DNA from: Escherichia coli
GTDB taxonomy: Bacteria; Pseudomonadota; Gammaproteobacteria; Enterobacterales; Enterobacteriaceae
Strand: one strand, 5' to 3'
NCBI RefSeq assembly: GCF_003991155.1
Contig: NZ_CP031293.1
Length of the DNA stretch: 64,000 nt
Shown here: one piece after another, positions 53,380-64,000 of the stretch
Numbering within the stretch: the stretch's first letter is position 1
Layout: each line of letters opens with the position of its first letter
Program-made: the position numbers and the translations under genes
Notes under the pieces: generated by a model
Database searches by the model: none
Told to the model about the DNA's origin: nothing
What the model saw: the letters and a program-made list of their open reading frames with translations, nothing else

Positions 53380-54729
53380 TTACCAGCTTACCTTCGCCTC
53401 AAATCCACCTTGTTCCGCATTCCCAAATTCAACATTCATGCCATGCAATTTGGCGATTCGCTGGACAATCGATAGCCCAAGCCCGCTGCCGGTAGCGGTT
53501 TGTCCGGGTGGGCGATAGAAGCGTTCGCCAATTCGCGCCAGTGCCTCTGGTGTCACACCGGGGCCGTTATCCCTCACGATGAAATTATCAGCATTCAGCG
53601 TGACGTCTACCACGCTGCCCTGTGGACTGTAGCGCACGGCGTTATCCAGCAAATTTCGCACCAACAAACTTAGCAATAGCGGTTGCCCGGTGCGTTTGAT
53701 GCTGTGGGCATTGAGTGTCAGTCGCACGTCAATTTTCGCCTGCTGCGCCGTGTGGTAAATATCCATCACCGACGATTGCAGGAGATCTTCAAGCGGGATC
53801 TCCGCGACGTCCTGAAGGTTATCCAGTGAGTCCAGCCGCGATAGCGTGAGCAGTTGATCAACCAGACGAGTAGCGCGATCGATCCCGGAATGTAATTGGA
53901 GCAGTGCTTTTTTCCGCGCCTGCGGATCATCGTCAGAGAGCTGCGCAACTTCGGTTTGCACTTTCAGCGCCGTTAACGGGCTACGAAGTTCGTGAGCTGC
54001 GTCGGAGGTAAAGCGTCGTTCACGAACCATCATCGCATGTGTGCGGGCGAACAGTTGATTTAGCGACTCAACCAGTGGCCGCACTTCGCTGGGTACGCCA
54101 GTCGCGTTTAGTGGTTTTTCCGAGTCAGGGTCACGCATACGTAGTGCCAGCGCCAGTTTGTTCAGCGGCGCGAGTTCACGACCCAGTAGTACCATCATGA
54201 TGATTAACATAATCGGCAGTGCGACCAGCCACGGGATCAATTGCCCGGCAACAATCGCCAGCGCCATGTCTTCACGGTATTCCCATTCCTGGCCAACAAC
54301 GATGCGATATTTGCCATCAGGTGAGGTCATCCAGACAAAACGCCAAGGATCGTCTTCACCGACCAGTTGCCCGTCAGCAAAACCTTCCCGTTGATAGCTA
54401 TAGGGAATATCTTCTCCGTTATCGCCATCATTAAGGACCATTCTGCCGTCGTGGGTAAAGATGGCAAAGGTCAGCGCATCGTCATCAACATGACCGTGTT
54501 TTAATCTATTTGGCGTCTGTGCCATGCGATCCGCCGCGTTGATTTCGTTGAGATCGAGCGTACTTAACCGCTTGGCAAACAGCATCAGTTGGGTGTCGAA
54601 CAATTCATCGACGTTATCCGTTGTTTGTTTCCAGGCGACAAAGCTGGAAAGCAGCCAGGTCACCGAGGCCAGAATTAAAAAGATTAGCGTCAGCCTGACG
54701 CGCAGACTAAGACGTTGGGTAAATTTCAT
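53380..54729 (-). CDS. qseC: Quorum-sensing sensor histidine kinase QseC
   Basis: 449 aa; two TM helices, HisKA (..HELRSPL..) and HATPase domains. Confidence 0.93.
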   Translation of the reverse strand: MKFTQRLSLRVRLTLIFLILASVTWLLSSFVAWKQTTDNVDELFDTQLMLFAKRLSTLDLNEINAADRMAQTPNRLKHGHVDDDALTFAIFTHDGRMVLNDGDNGEDIPYSYQREGFADGQLVGEDDPWRFVWMTSPDGKYRIVVGQEWEYREDMALAIVAGQLIPWLVALPIMLIIMMVLLGRELAPLNKLALALRMRDPDSEKPLNATGVPSEVRPLVESLNQLFARTHAMMVRERRFTSDAAHELRSPLTALKVQTEVAQLSDDDPQARKKALLQLHSGIDRATRLVDQLLTLSRLDSLDNLQDVAEIPLEDLLQSSVMDIYHTAQQAKIDVRLTLNAHSIKRTGQPLLLSLLVRNLLDNAVRYSPQGSVVDVTLNADNFIVRDNGPGVTPEALARIGERFYRPPGQTATGSGLGLSIVQRIAKLHGMNVEFGNAEQGGFEAKVSW

Positions 54730-55385
54730 TTCTCACCTAATGTGTAACCAATACCATGCACGGTACGAATAAAATCACTACCGAGTTTGCGTCGCAGATG
54801 ATGCACATGCACTTCAACGGCATTACTGGTGACCTCTTCGTCCCAGGTATACAGTTTCTCTTCAATCAGTTTGCGCGGCAGTACCCGACCAGCGTTACGC
54901 ATCAGTAATTCCAGCAGGGCAAATTCTTTTGGTTTCAGTGTTAAGGGTTCGCCAGCCAGCGTGGCGATACGTTTGCCGGGGTCGAGCATGACGTTACCGT
55001 GGCGCAGCTCGTTGCTGGCCTGGCCGTTGGTTCGGCGCATCAGAGCTTCCAGCCTGGCGGCGACTTCTATCAACGCAAAAGGTTTACACAGATAATCGTC
55101 AGCTCCCAGACGCAGCCCTTCTACACGTTCCGCCAGCGCATCGCGCGCGGTCAGGATCAGTACCGGCTCACGCTGACCTTTTTCTCGCCATTCGCGCAAA
55201 ATATCGCGACCATCCATGCCTGGTAAGGTTAAATCCAGGATCACCGCATCATAAGGTGCGCTATAAAGCGCCTCTTTTCCCTGACGACCTTGTGTAAACC
55301 AGTCGACGCTAAAACCCATTTTACTAAGGCCCGTTTTGATGCCGTCGCCAATCAGCATGTCATCTTCTATCAGTAAAATTCGCAT
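54726..55385 (-). CDS. qseB: Response regulator QseB (OmpR family)
   Basis: 219 aa [20 protein letters not shown]...; 4-bp overlap with qseC. Confidence 0.93.
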   Translation of the reverse strand: MRILLIEDDMLIGDGIKTGLSKMGFSVDWFTQGRQGKEALYSAPYDAVILDLTLPGMDGRDILREWREKGQREPVLILTARDALAERVEGLRLGADDYLCKPFALIEVAARLEALMRRTNGQASNELRHGNVMLDPGKRIATLAGEPLTLKPKEFALLELLMRNAGRVLPRKLIEEKLYTWDEEVTSNAVEVHVHHLRRKLGSDFIRTVHGIGYTLGEK

Positions 55386-55536
55386 TTTTTCATCCCTGCG
55401 ATAACCGTATTTGCTGCCAGTAAACCGTGTTGTAACGCGCTCTGTACAGCACTAAATTTTATTTTTTTCCCTTAAGAAGTTGTTAAGGACTATCTTGTTA
55501 AATGCTCGGAAACAGACATTAAAGGGAGTAATAAAC

Positions 55537-55929
55537 ATGAAAAAATTCGCAGCAGTAATCGCAGTAATGGCCCTGTGCAGCGCACCGGTGATGGCAGCAG
55601 AGCAGGGCGGTTTTTCTGGCCCATCGGCAACGCAAAGTCAGGCCGGAGGATTCCAGGGGCCGAACGGCAGCGTAACGACTGTAGAAAGCGCAAAATCCCT
55701 GCGTGACGACACCTGGGTAACCCTGCGCGGCAATATCGTTGAACGCATCTCTGACGATCTCTACGTGTTCAAAGATGCCAGCGGTACTATCAATGTTGAT
55801 ATCGACCACAAACGCTGGAACGGCGTGACGGTGACGCCGAAAGATACGGTTGAGATTCAGGGTGAAGTCGATAAAGACTGGAATTCTGTTGAAATTGACG
55901 TCAAACAGATCCGCAAAGTAAATCCGTAA
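55537..55929 (+). CDS. ygiW: Periplasmic BOF/OB-fold stress protein YgiW (VisP)
   Basis: 130 aa from MKKFAAVIAVMALCSAPVMA...; divergent from qseBC. Confidence 0.85.
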   Translation: MKKFAAVIAVMALCSAPVMAAEQGGFSGPSATQSQAGGFQGPNGSVTTVESAKSLRDDTWVTLRGNIVERISDDLYVFKDASGTINVDIDHKRWNGVTVTPKDTVEIQGEVDKDWNSVEIDVKQIRKVNP

Positions 55930-55981
55930 TTGTTACCGCTCCCGGGACGCGTTCCCGGGAATAATTTCGCAGGGAGGCAAA

Positions 55982-56464
55982 ATGACAAACCTGACACTGG
56001 ATGTAAACATTATCGATTTCCCATCAATACCTGTGGCGATGTTGCCGCACCGCTGTAGCCCTGAATTGCTCAACTACAGCGTGGCGAAATTTATCATGTG
56101 GCGTAAAGAGACGGGGCTTTCTCCTGTTAACCAAAGCCAGACTTTTGGCGTCGCCTGGGACGACCCTGCCACCACCGCACCGGAAGCGTTTCGCTTTGAT
56201 ATCTGCGGCAGCGTTAGCGAACCGATTCCCGATAATCGTTATGGTGTGAGCAATGGTGAACTTACCGGTGGACGTTATGCCGTGGCCCGCCACGTTGGCG
56301 AGCTGGACGATATTTCACACACGGTATGGGGCATCATTCGCCACTGGCTGCCTGCAAGCGGCGAGAAAATGCGTAAAGCACCGATTCTGTTTCACTACAC
56401 CAATCTTGCCGAAGGGGTGACAGAGCAGCGACTGGAAACGGATGTTTATGTGCCGTTGGCGTGA
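55982..56464 (+). CDS. ygiV: GyrI-like small-molecule-binding domain protein YgiV
   Basis: 160 aa; position between ygiW and mqsR. Confidence 0.8.
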   Translation: MTNLTLDVNIIDFPSIPVAMLPHRCSPELLNYSVAKFIMWRKETGLSPVNQSQTFGVAWDDPATTAPEAFRFDICGSVSEPIPDNRYGVSNGELTGGRYAVARHVGELDDISHTVWGIIRHWLPASGEKMRKAPILFHYTNLAEGVTEQRLETDVYVPLA

Positions 56465-56594
56465 TGCCTGACTCCAGCTTCCCTTATAAATTCCTGCTTC
56501 AAACTGGCGCTACTAATGCGCCACTTTCTTATATGGTCAATCACTTTCCTTAAAGAATACGTTTTGTGTGGTCACTATCTCCGTACATCTAACT

Positions 56595-56640
56595 AACCTT
56601 TTAGGTGCTTTTTCATTGCTGTAATTAACCTTTTAGGTTA
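56595..56640 (+). promoter_or_regulatory. Two MqsA operator palindromes (aaccttttaggt, taaccttttaggtta) in mqsRA promoter
   Basis: Two copies of ACCT-N4-AGGT palindrome 20 bp apart, 30-75 bp upstream of mqsR. Confidence 0.8.
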
Positions 56641-56668
56641 TAACTAAAGTAACAGGGAGGCGGGGGTT

Positions 56669-56965
56669 ATGGAAAAACGCACACCACATACACGTTTGAG
56701 TCAGGTTAAAAAACTTGTCAATGCCGGGCAAGTTCGTACAACACGTAGTGCCCTGTTAAATGCAGATGAGTTAGGTTTGGATTTTGATGGTATGTGTAAT
56801 GTTATCATTGGATTATCAGAGAGCGACTTTTATAAAAGCATGACCACCTACTCTGATCATACTATCTGGCAGGATGTTTACAGACCCAGGCTTGTTACAG
56901 GCCAGGTTTATCTTAAAATTACGGTAATTCATGACGTACTGATCGTCTCGTTTAAGGAGAAGTAA
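56669..56965 (+). CDS. mqsR: mRNA interferase toxin MqsR
   Basis: 98 aa MEKRTPHTRLSQVKKLVNAGQVRTTRSALLNADELGLDFDGM... Confidence 0.93.
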   Translation: MEKRTPHTRLSQVKKLVNAGQVRTTRSALLNADELGLDFDGMCNVIIGLSESDFYKSMTTYSDHTIWQDVYRPRLVTGQVYLKITVIHDVLIVSFKEK

Positions 56966-56966
56966 T

Positions 56967-57362
56967 ATGAAATGTCCGGTTTGCCACCAGGGAGAAATGG
57001 TTTCTGGCATTAAAGATATTCCATACACCTTCCGTGGACGAAAAACAGTATTGAAAGGTATCCACGGTTTATATTGTGTCCATTGCGAAGAGAGCATCAT
57101 GAATAAAGAAGAGTCAGATGCTTTCATGGCGCAAGTAAAGGCATTTCGGGCTTCGGTGAATGCCGAAACAGTGGCACCTGAATTTATAGTGAAGGTTCGA
57201 AAAAAGCTCTCTCTTACCCAAAAAGAGGCAAGCGAAATTTTTGGGGGAGGTGTAAATGCGTTTTCGCGTTACGAAAAAGGCAATGCCCAACCTCATCCTT
57301 CCACAATCAAACTTTTACGTGTTCTGGATAAGCATCCAGAACTATTGAATGAAATCCGTTAA
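56967..57362 (+). CDS. mqsA: Antitoxin / helix-turn-helix regulator MqsA (zinc-ribbon N-terminus)
   Basis: 131 aa MKCPVCHQGEMVSGIKDIPYTFRGRKTVLKGIHGLYCVHCEES... Confidence 0.93.
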   Translation: MKCPVCHQGEMVSGIKDIPYTFRGRKTVLKGIHGLYCVHCEESIMNKEESDAFMAQVKAFRASVNAETVAPEFIVKVRKKLSLTQKEASEIFGGGVNAFSRYEKGNAQPHPSTIKLLRVLDKHPELLNEIR

Positions 57363-57494
57363 TTAATGGAAAAGCGGGGGCAACTCGCTTTTTTCTTTAC
57401 CGGAGTGTGAGCCAAATCACTCGCGATAAGTTTGAGCGAACAATGCCACAGGCGTATTGTTGTTGGGCTTATAATTTCTCCGGTAAGGAATACC

Positions 57495-59102
57495 ATGTAT
57501 ACGCGAAATTTATTATGGCTGGTCAGCCTGGTAAGTGCGGCTCCTCTCTACGCTGCTGACGTTCCCGCCAACACACCGCTCGCCCCGCAACAAGTCTTTC
57601 GTTACAACAATCATAGCGACCCAGGTACGCTCGACCCGCAAAAGGTGGAGGAGAATACTGCCGCGCAGATTGTGCTGGATCTGTTTGAAGGTCTGGTATG
57701 GATGGACGGTGAAGGCCAGGTGCAGCCCGCTCAGGCTGAACGCTGGGAGATACTGGACGGCGGCAAGCGCTATATTTTCCATCTGCGTAGCGGTTTGCAG
57801 TGGTCCGACGGTCAGCCTCTGACGGCAGAGGATTTTGTCCTCGGCTGGCAGCGCGCGGTTGACCCGAAAACGGCAAGCCCTTTTGCTGGCTATCTGGCAC
57901 AGGCGCACATTAACAATGCCGCAGCTATTGTTGCGGGTAAAGCAGATGTTACATCGCTGGGTGTCAAAGCGACGGATGATCGTACTCTTGAAGTTACGCT
58001 TGAGCAGCCGGTTCCTTGGTTCACGACGATGCTCGCCTGGCCGACGCTGTTCCCGGTTCCTCATCATGTCATCGCTAAACATGGCGATAGCTGGAGTAAG
58101 CCAGAGAACATGGTTTACAACGGTGCCTTTGTGCTTGATCAGTGGGTAGTTAACGAAAAGATTACTGCACGCAAAAATCCAAAGTACCGCGATGCGCAAC
58201 ATACAGTATTGCAACAGGTTGAGTATCTGGCGCTAGATAATTCGGTCACCGGCTATAACCGCTATCGCGCGGGAGAGGTCGATCTCACCTGGGTTCCGGC
58301 GCAGCAAATTCCCGCCATTGAAAAATCACTGCCTGGCGAGCTACGAATTATTCCGCGTCTGAACAGCGAATATTACAACTTCAACCTTGAGAAACCGCCA
58401 TTTAACGATGTGCGAGTGCGTCGGGCGCTATATCTTACGGTTGATCGACAGCTTATTGCGCAAAAGGTACTGGGGTTGAGAACGCCCGCAACCACGCTGA
58501 CGCCGCCAGAGGTAAAAGGCTTTAGCGCGACGACGTTCGATGAACTGCAAAAGCCAATGAGTGAGCGCGTCGCGATGGCAAAAGCCTTGCTGAAACAGGC
58601 GGGATACGACGCCTCTCATCCGCTACGCTTTGAGCTGTTCTACAACAAGTACGATCTGCATGAAAAGACCGCGATAGCGTTGTCTTCCGAATGGAAAAAA
58701 TGGCTGGGTGCACAGGTGACGCTGCGCACAATGGAGTGGAAAACCTATCTTGATGCCCGACGAGCCGGTGATTTCATGCTGTCTCGGCAGTCGTGGGATG
58801 CGACGTACAATGATGCTTCCAGCTTCCTGAACACGCTCAAAAGCGATAGTGAAGAAAACGTCGGTCACTGGAAAAATGCGCAGTATGACGCCTTACTAAA
58901 CCAGGCCACGCAGATCACTGATGCGACAAAGCGTAATGCGTTGTATCAGCAGGCAGAAGTGATCATCAACCAACAGGCACCGCTGATTCCTATCTACTAT
59001 CAGCCGTTAATCAAACTGCTTAAACCCTACGTTGGCGGTTTTCCGCTGCATAATCCCCAGGATTATGTCTACAGCAAAGAGTTGTATATCAAGGCACATT
59101 GA
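57495..59102 (+). CDS. ygiS: Periplasmic solute-binding protein (family 5, oligopeptide-binding-like) YgiS
   Basis: 535 aa from MYTRNLLWLVSLVSAAPLYA; ORF track start at 57432 is an extension. Confidence 0.85.
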   Translation: MYTRNLLWLVSLVSAAPLYAADVPANTPLAPQQVFRYNNHSDPGTLDPQKVEENTAAQIVLDLFEGLVWMDGEGQVQPAQAERWEILDGGKRYIFHLRSGLQWSDGQPLTAEDFVLGWQRAVDPKTASPFAGYLAQAHINNAAAIVAGKADVTSLGVKATDDRTLEVTLEQPVPWFTTMLAWPTLFPVPHHVIAKHGDSWSKPENMVYNGAFVLDQWVVNEKITARKNPKYRDAQHTVLQQVEYLALDNSVTGYNRYRAGEVDLTWVPAQQIPAIEKSLPGELRIIPRLNSEYYNFNLEKPPFNDVRVRRALYLTVDRQLIAQKVLGLRTPATTLTPPEVKGFSATTFDELQKPMSERVAMAKALLKQAGYDASHPLRFELFYNKYDLHEKTAIALSSEWKKWLGAQVTLRTMEWKTYLDARRAGDFMLSRQSWDATYNDASSFLNTLKSDSEENVGHWKNAQYDALLNQATQITDATKRNALYQQAEVIINQQAPLIPIYYQPLIKLLKPYVGGFPLHNPQDYVYSKELYIKAH

Positions 59103-59239
59103 TGCCTTTATCGCCGTCGGAGCACGTCCGGCGGCGCTATTCACGCTGATCTCCTGTGACTCGACGCGGCAGATAATGTAGTATCTCCGGCAATATTGCC
59201 CCTTTGAAGGCTGGCGAATAAGTTGAGGAATCAGAATTA

Positions 59240-61498
59240 ATGAGCGATATGGCAGAGCGCCTTGCGCTACATGAATTTACGGAAAACGCCTACTTAAACT
59301 ACTCCATGTACGTGATCATGGACCGTGCGTTGCCGTTTATTGGTGATGGTCTGAAACCTGTTCAGCGCCGCATTGTGTATGCGATGTCTGAACTGGGCCT
59401 GAATGCCAGCGCCAAATTTAAAAAATCGGCCCGTACCGTCGGTGACGTACTGGGTAAATACCATCCGCACGGCGATATCGCCTGTTATGAAGCGATGGTC
59501 CTGATGGCGCAACCGTTCTCTTACCGTTATCCGCTGGTTGATGGTCAGGGGAACTGGGGCGCGCCGGACGATCCGAAATCGTTCGCGGCAATGCGTTACA
59601 CCGAATCCCGGTTGTCGAAATATTCCGAGCTGCTATTGAGCGAGCTGGGGCAGGGGACGGCTGACTGGGTGCCAAACTTCGACGGCACTTTGCAGGAGCC
59701 GAAAATGCTACCTGCCCGTCTGCCAAACATTTTGCTTAACGGCACCACCGGTATTGCCGTCGGCATGGCGACCGATATTCCACCGCATAACCTGCGTGAA
59801 GTGGCTCAGGCGGCAATCGCATTAATCGACCAGCCGAAAACCACGCTCGATCAGCTGCTGGATATCGTGCAGGGGCCGGATTATCCGACTGAAGCGGAAA
59901 TTATCACTTCGCGCGCCGAGATCCGTAAAATCTACGAGAACGGACGTGGTTCAGTGCGTATGCGCGCGGTGTGGAAGAAAGAAGATGGCGCGGTGGTTAT
60001 CAGCGCATTGCCGCATCAGGTTTCAGGTGCGCGCGTACTGGAGCAAATTGCTGCGCAAATGCGCAACAAAAAGCTGCCGATGGTTGACGATCTGCGCGAT
60101 GAATCTGACCACGAGAACCCGACCCGCCTGGTGATTGTGCCGCGTTCCAACCGCGTGGATATGGATCAGGTGATGAACCACCTCTTCGCTACCACCGATC
60201 TGGAAAAGAGCTATCGTATTAACCTTAATATGATCGGTCTGGATGGTCGTCCGGCGGTGAAAAACCTGCTGGAAATCCTCTCCGAATGGCTGGTGTTCCG
60301 CCGCGATACCGTGCGCCGCCGACTGAACTATCGTCTGGAGAAAGTCCTCAAGCGCCTGCATATCCTCGAAGGTTTGCTGGTGGCGTTTCTCAATATCGAC
60401 GAAGTGATTGAGATCATTCGTAATGAAGATGAACCGAAACCGGCGCTGATGTCGCGGTTTGGCCTTACGGAAACCCAGGCGGAAGCGATCCTCGAACTGA
60501 AACTGCGTCATCTTGCCAAACTGGAAGAGATGAAGATTCGCGGTGAGCAGAGTGAACTGGAAAAAGAGCGCGACCAGTTGCAGGGCATTTTGGCTTCCGA
60601 GCGTAAAATGAATAACCTGCTGAAGAAAGAACTGCAGGCAGACGCGCAAGCCTACGGTGACGATCGTCGTTCGCCGTTGCAGGAACGCGAAGAAGCGAAA
60701 GCGATGAGCGAGCACGACATGCTGCCGTCTGAACCTGTCACCATTGTGCTGTCGCAGATGGGCTGGGTACGCAGCGCTAAAGGCCATGATATCGACGCGC
60801 CGGGCCTGAATTATAAAGCGGGTGATAGCTTCAAAGCGGCGGTGAAAGGTAAGAGCAACCAACCGGTAGTGTTTGTTGATTCCACCGGTCGTAGCTATGC
60901 CATTGACCCGATTACGCTGCCGTCGGCGCGTGGTCAGGGCGAGCCGCTCACCGGCAAATTAACGTTGCCGCCTGGGGCGACCGTTGACCATATGCTGATG
61001 GAAAGCGACGATCAGAAACTGCTGATGGCTTCCGATGCGGGTTACGGTTTCGTCTGCACCTTTAACGATCTGGTGGCGCGTAACCGTGCAGGTAAGGCTT
61101 TGATCACCTTACCGGAAAATGCCCATGTTATGCCGCCGGTGGTGATTGAAGATGCTTCCGATATGCTGCTGGCAATCACTCAGGCAGGCCGTATGTTGAT
61201 GTTCCCGGTAAGTGATCTGCCGCAGCTGTCGAAGGGCAAAGGCAACAAGATTATCAACATTCCATCGGCAGAAGCCGCGCGTGGAGAAGATGGTCTGGCG
61301 CAATTGTACGTTCTGCCGCCGCAAAGCACGCTGACCATTCATGTTGGGAAACGCAAAATTAAACTGCGCCCGGAAGAGTTACAGAAAGTCACTGGCGAAC
61401 GTGGACGCCGCGGTACGTTGATGCGCGGTTTGCAGCGTATCGATCGTGTTGAGATCGACTCTCCTCGCCGTGCCAGCAGCGGTGATAGCGAAGAGTAA
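59240..61498 (+). CDS. parC: DNA topoisomerase IV subunit A
   Basis: 752 aa [32 protein letters not shown]... Confidence 0.97.
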   Translation: MSDMAERLALHEFTENAYLNYSMYVIMDRALPFIGDGLKPVQRRIVYAMSELGLNASAKFKKSARTVGDVLGKYHPHGDIACYEAMVLMAQPFSYRYPLVDGQGNWGAPDDPKSFAAMRYTESRLSKYSELLLSELGQGTADWVPNFDGTLQEPKMLPARLPNILLNGTTGIAVGMATDIPPHNLREVAQAAIALIDQPKTTLDQLLDIVQGPDYPTEAEIITSRAEIRKIYENGRGSVRMRAVWKKEDGAVVISALPHQVSGARVLEQIAAQMRNKKLPMVDDLRDESDHENPTRLVIVPRSNRVDMDQVMNHLFATTDLEKSYRINLNMIGLDGRPAVKNLLEILSEWLVFRRDTVRRRLNYRLEKVLKRLHILEGLLVAFLNIDEVIEIIRNEDEPKPALMSRFGLTETQAEAILELKLRHLAKLEEMKIRGEQSELEKERDQLQGILASERKMNNLLKKELQADAQAYGDDRRSPLQEREEAKAMSEHDMLPSEPVTIVLSQMGWVRSAKGHDIDAPGLNYKAGDSFKAAVKGKSNQPVVFVDSTGRSYAIDPITLPSARGQGEPLTGKLTLPPGATVDHMLMESDDQKLLMASDAGYGFVCTFNDLVARNRAGKALITLPENAHVMPPVVIEDASDMLLAITQAGRMLMFPVSDLPQLSKGKGNKIINIPSAEAARGEDGLAQLYVLPPQSTLTIHVGKRKIKLRPEELQKVTGERGRRGTLMRGLQRIDRVEIDSPRRASSGDSEE

Positions 61499-61731
61499 TA
61501 TGCCGGGGAGGGCGCTGTTTCCTCCCGCTTGCAAGGAACGCCGGATGAAACGTTAAGTCGTCATCCGGCAGCGTATTCAACCCCCGGAAACGATAAAAAT
61601 TCCCTTGAAACCGTTGTTTATTCATGCGTTGCGATTAACAATACGCTTTTCCAGAGAGCGGCTTTTAACAATGCCCTAACCTGATTTCAGGTGACGTACA
61701 ATGCCAGTCTCTCAGACCTTCAGAGGGTGTT

Positions 61732-62469
61732 ATGCTATATATCTTTCGTCTTATTATTACCGTGATTTACAGCATCTTAGTCTGTGTATTCGGCTCCATT
61801 TACTGCCTTTTCAGCCCGCGTAACCCGAAACATGTGGCCACCTTTGGGCATATGTTTGGCCGTCTTGCGCCGCTGTTTGGCCTGAAAGTTGAGTGCCGTA
61901 AACCTACAGACGCTGAAAGCTACGGCAATGCTATCTATATCGCTAACCACCAGAACAACTATGACATGGTGACAGCATCGAACATCGTGCAACCGCCGAC
62001 GGTGACGGTAGGTAAAAAGAGCTTGCTGTGGATCCCCTTCTTCGGGCAGTTGTACTGGTTAACCGGCAACTTATTGATCGACAGAAACAATCGCACTAAA
62101 GCTCACGGCACCATTGCGGAAGTAGTGAATCACTTCAAAAAACGCCGTATTTCCATCTGGATGTTCCCGGAAGGAACCCGCAGCCGTGGTCGCGGCCTGC
62201 TACCGTTCAAGACTGGAGCATTTCACGCGGCAATTGCGGCGGGCGTCCCGATTATTCCCGTGTGCGTCTCTACAACTTCGAATAAGATTAATCTTAATCG
62301 ACTGCACAACGGTCTGGTGATTGTCGAAATGCTGCCGCCAATTGACGTCAGTCAGTATGGCAAAGATCAGGTTCGTGAGCTGGCTGCCCATTGTCGTTCG
62401 ATAATGGAACAAAAAATCGCCGAGCTCGATAAAGAAGTCGCAGAACGCGAAGCCGCCGGAAAAGTTTAA
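61732..62469 (+). CDS. plsC: 1-acyl-sn-glycerol-3-phosphate acyltransferase
   Basis: 245 aa, NHQNNYD and FPEGTR acyltransferase motifs. Confidence 0.95.
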   Translation: MLYIFRLIITVIYSILVCVFGSIYCLFSPRNPKHVATFGHMFGRLAPLFGLKVECRKPTDAESYGNAIYIANHQNNYDMVTASNIVQPPTVTVGKKSLLWIPFFGQLYWLTGNLLIDRNNRTKAHGTIAEVVNHFKKRRISIWMFPEGTRSRGRGLLPFKTGAFHAAIAAGVPIIPVCVSTTSNKINLNRLHNGLVIVEMLPPIDVSQYGKDQVRELAAHCRSIMEQKIAELDKEVAEREAAGKV

Positions 62470-62543
62470 GTCGGCAATCTGTATTTTTGCGGGGAACACT
62501 TTCCTGCACGGTATTACTTTAGCCAGTTTTACATGGAGCAAAT

Positions 62544-63956
62544 ATGTCACTCAGTCGGCGTCAGTTCATTCAGGCATCGGGGATTGCACTTTGTGCAGGC
62601 GCTGTTCCCCTGAAGGCCAGCGCAGCCGGGCAACAGCAACCGCTACCCGTTCCGCCGCTACTTGAATCTCGCCGTGGGCAACCGCTGTTTATGACTGTAC
62701 AACGTGCGCACTGGTCATTTACGCCAGGGACACGCGCGTCGGTCTGGGGAATCAATGGTCGTTACCTGGGGCCGACTATCCGCGTCTGGAAGGGCGACGA
62801 TGTTAAGCTTATTTACAGCAACCGCCTGACAGAAAATGTCTCAATGACGGTGGCCGGGCTACAGGTACCAGGCCCGCTGATGGGCGGTCCGGCACGGATG
62901 ATGTCGCCAAACGCTGACTGGGCACCCGTACTGCCCATTCGCCAGAACGCAGCTACTCTGTGGTATCACGCCAATACTCCCAACCGCACGGCTCAGCAGG
63001 TCTATAACGGCCTTGCCGGAATGTGGCTGGTGGAAGATGAAGTCAGCAAGTCGCTGCCTATCCCCAACCATTATGGTGTGGATGATTTTCCGGTCATTAT
63101 CCAGGATAAACGGCTGGATAACTTTGGTACGCCAGAATACAACGAACCGGGAAGCGGCGGCTTTGTTGGTGATACGCTGCTGGTTAACGGTGTACAAAGC
63201 CCGTACGTTGAAGTCTCGCGTGGCTGGGTGCGCTTGCGACTGCTGAACGCGTCGAACTCTCGTCGCTATCAACTACAGATGAACGATGGTCGCCCGTTAC
63301 ATGTGATTTCTGGCGATCAGGGATTCCTGCCTGCTCCTGTATCGGTGAAGCAACTTTCGCTGGCACCGGGCGAGCGCCGCGAGATTCTGGTGGATATGAG
63401 CAACGGCGATGAAGTGTCGATCACCTGTGGCGAAGCGGCGAGCATTGTTGATCGTATTCGTGGCTTCTTTGAGCCATCCAGTATTCTGGTTTCTACCCTG
63501 GTGCTAACGCTGCGCCCAACCGGCCTTCTGCCGCTGGTCACAGACAGTCTTCCGATGCGCTTGCTGCCAACTGAAATCATGGCTGGTTCGCCAATTCGCA
63601 GTCGCGATATCAGTCTGGGTGATGACCCGGGTATTAATGGACAGCTGTGGGACGTCAACCGTATTGATGTCACCGCGCAGCAAGGAACGTGGGAACGCTG
63701 GACGGTACGCGCGGACGAGCCGCAAGCGTTCCATATTGAAGGCGTAATGTTCCAGATCCGTAACGTGAATGGCGCGATGCCGTTCCCGGAAGACAGAGGC
63801 TGGAAAGATACCGTTTGGGTTGACGGACAAGTGGAGCTGCTTGTTTATTTCGGTCAGCCTTCCTGGGCGCACTTCCCGTTCTACTTCAACAGTCAGACGC
63901 TGGAAATGGCGGACCGTGGCTCGATTGGGCAACTGTTGGTCAATCCGGTACCGTAA
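62544..63956 (+). CDS. ftsP: Cell division protein FtsP (SufI), multicopper-oxidase fold with Tat signal
   Basis: 470 aa MSLSRRQFIQASGIALCAGAVPLKASA... twin-arginine signal. Confidence 0.93.
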   Translation: MSLSRRQFIQASGIALCAGAVPLKASAAGQQQPLPVPPLLESRRGQPLFMTVQRAHWSFTPGTRASVWGINGRYLGPTIRVWKGDDVKLIYSNRLTENVSMTVAGLQVPGPLMGGPARMMSPNADWAPVLPIRQNAATLWYHANTPNRTAQQVYNGLAGMWLVEDEVSKSLPIPNHYGVDDFPVIIQDKRLDNFGTPEYNEPGSGGFVGDTLLVNGVQSPYVEVSRGWVRLRLLNASNSRRYQLQMNDGRPLHVISGDQGFLPAPVSVKQLSLAPGERREILVDMSNGDEVSITCGEAASIVDRIRGFFEPSSILVSTLVLTLRPTGLLPLVTDSLPMRLLPTEIMAGSPIRSRDISLGDDPGINGQLWDVNRIDVTAQQGTWERWTVRADEPQAFHIEGVMFQIRNVNGAMPFPEDRGWKDTVWVDGQVELLVYFGQPSWAHFPFYFNSQTLEMADRGSIGQLLVNPVP

Positions 63957-64000
63957 TCTTCATACTCGCCCGAGGAGGGCGAGTATGGAATACCTTTCGA

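Overview
This window is about 64 kb of Escherichia coli chromosome, gene order ebgA to ftsP, read as the reverse complement of the usual K-12 numbering. Gene calls rest on my recognition of the translated ORFs and gene order; no search was run. Nearly all genes are well-characterised housekeeping or known accessory loci: the rpsU-dnaG-rpoD operon, tsaD, ttdABT/ttdR, plsY, folB, uppP, cca, ygiF, glnE, hldE, yqiJK, glgS, the yqiGHI-ygiL fimbrial operon, ubiK, the FMN riboswitch and ribB, zupT, ygiBC-tolC, nudF-yqiB-cpdA-yqiA-parE, ygiN, mdaB, ygiZ, qseBC, ygiW, ygiV, mqsRA, ygiS, parC, plsC and ftsP. The main non-reference content is two near-identical IS4 copies (1426 bp each, same orientation, 1 nt different), each with its own target-site duplication. 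One sits between ebgR and ebgA, the other in the rpoD/mug terminator, bracketing a 7.5 kb segment (ebgR-ygjH-patA-aer-yqjI-yqjH-ileX-mug). Other points: a 19-codon ibs toxin ORF with antisense sib RNA in the hldE-yqiK spacer (missed by the ORF track), an in-frame 12-bp tandem duplication in ygiF, an intact yqiG usher, and a small unassigned ORF downstream of ribB. I did not find convincing evidence for a previously undescribed multi-gene system; the intergenic space is accounted for by known regulatory elements, REP repeats, the two IS4 copies and the known toxin-antitoxin loci.
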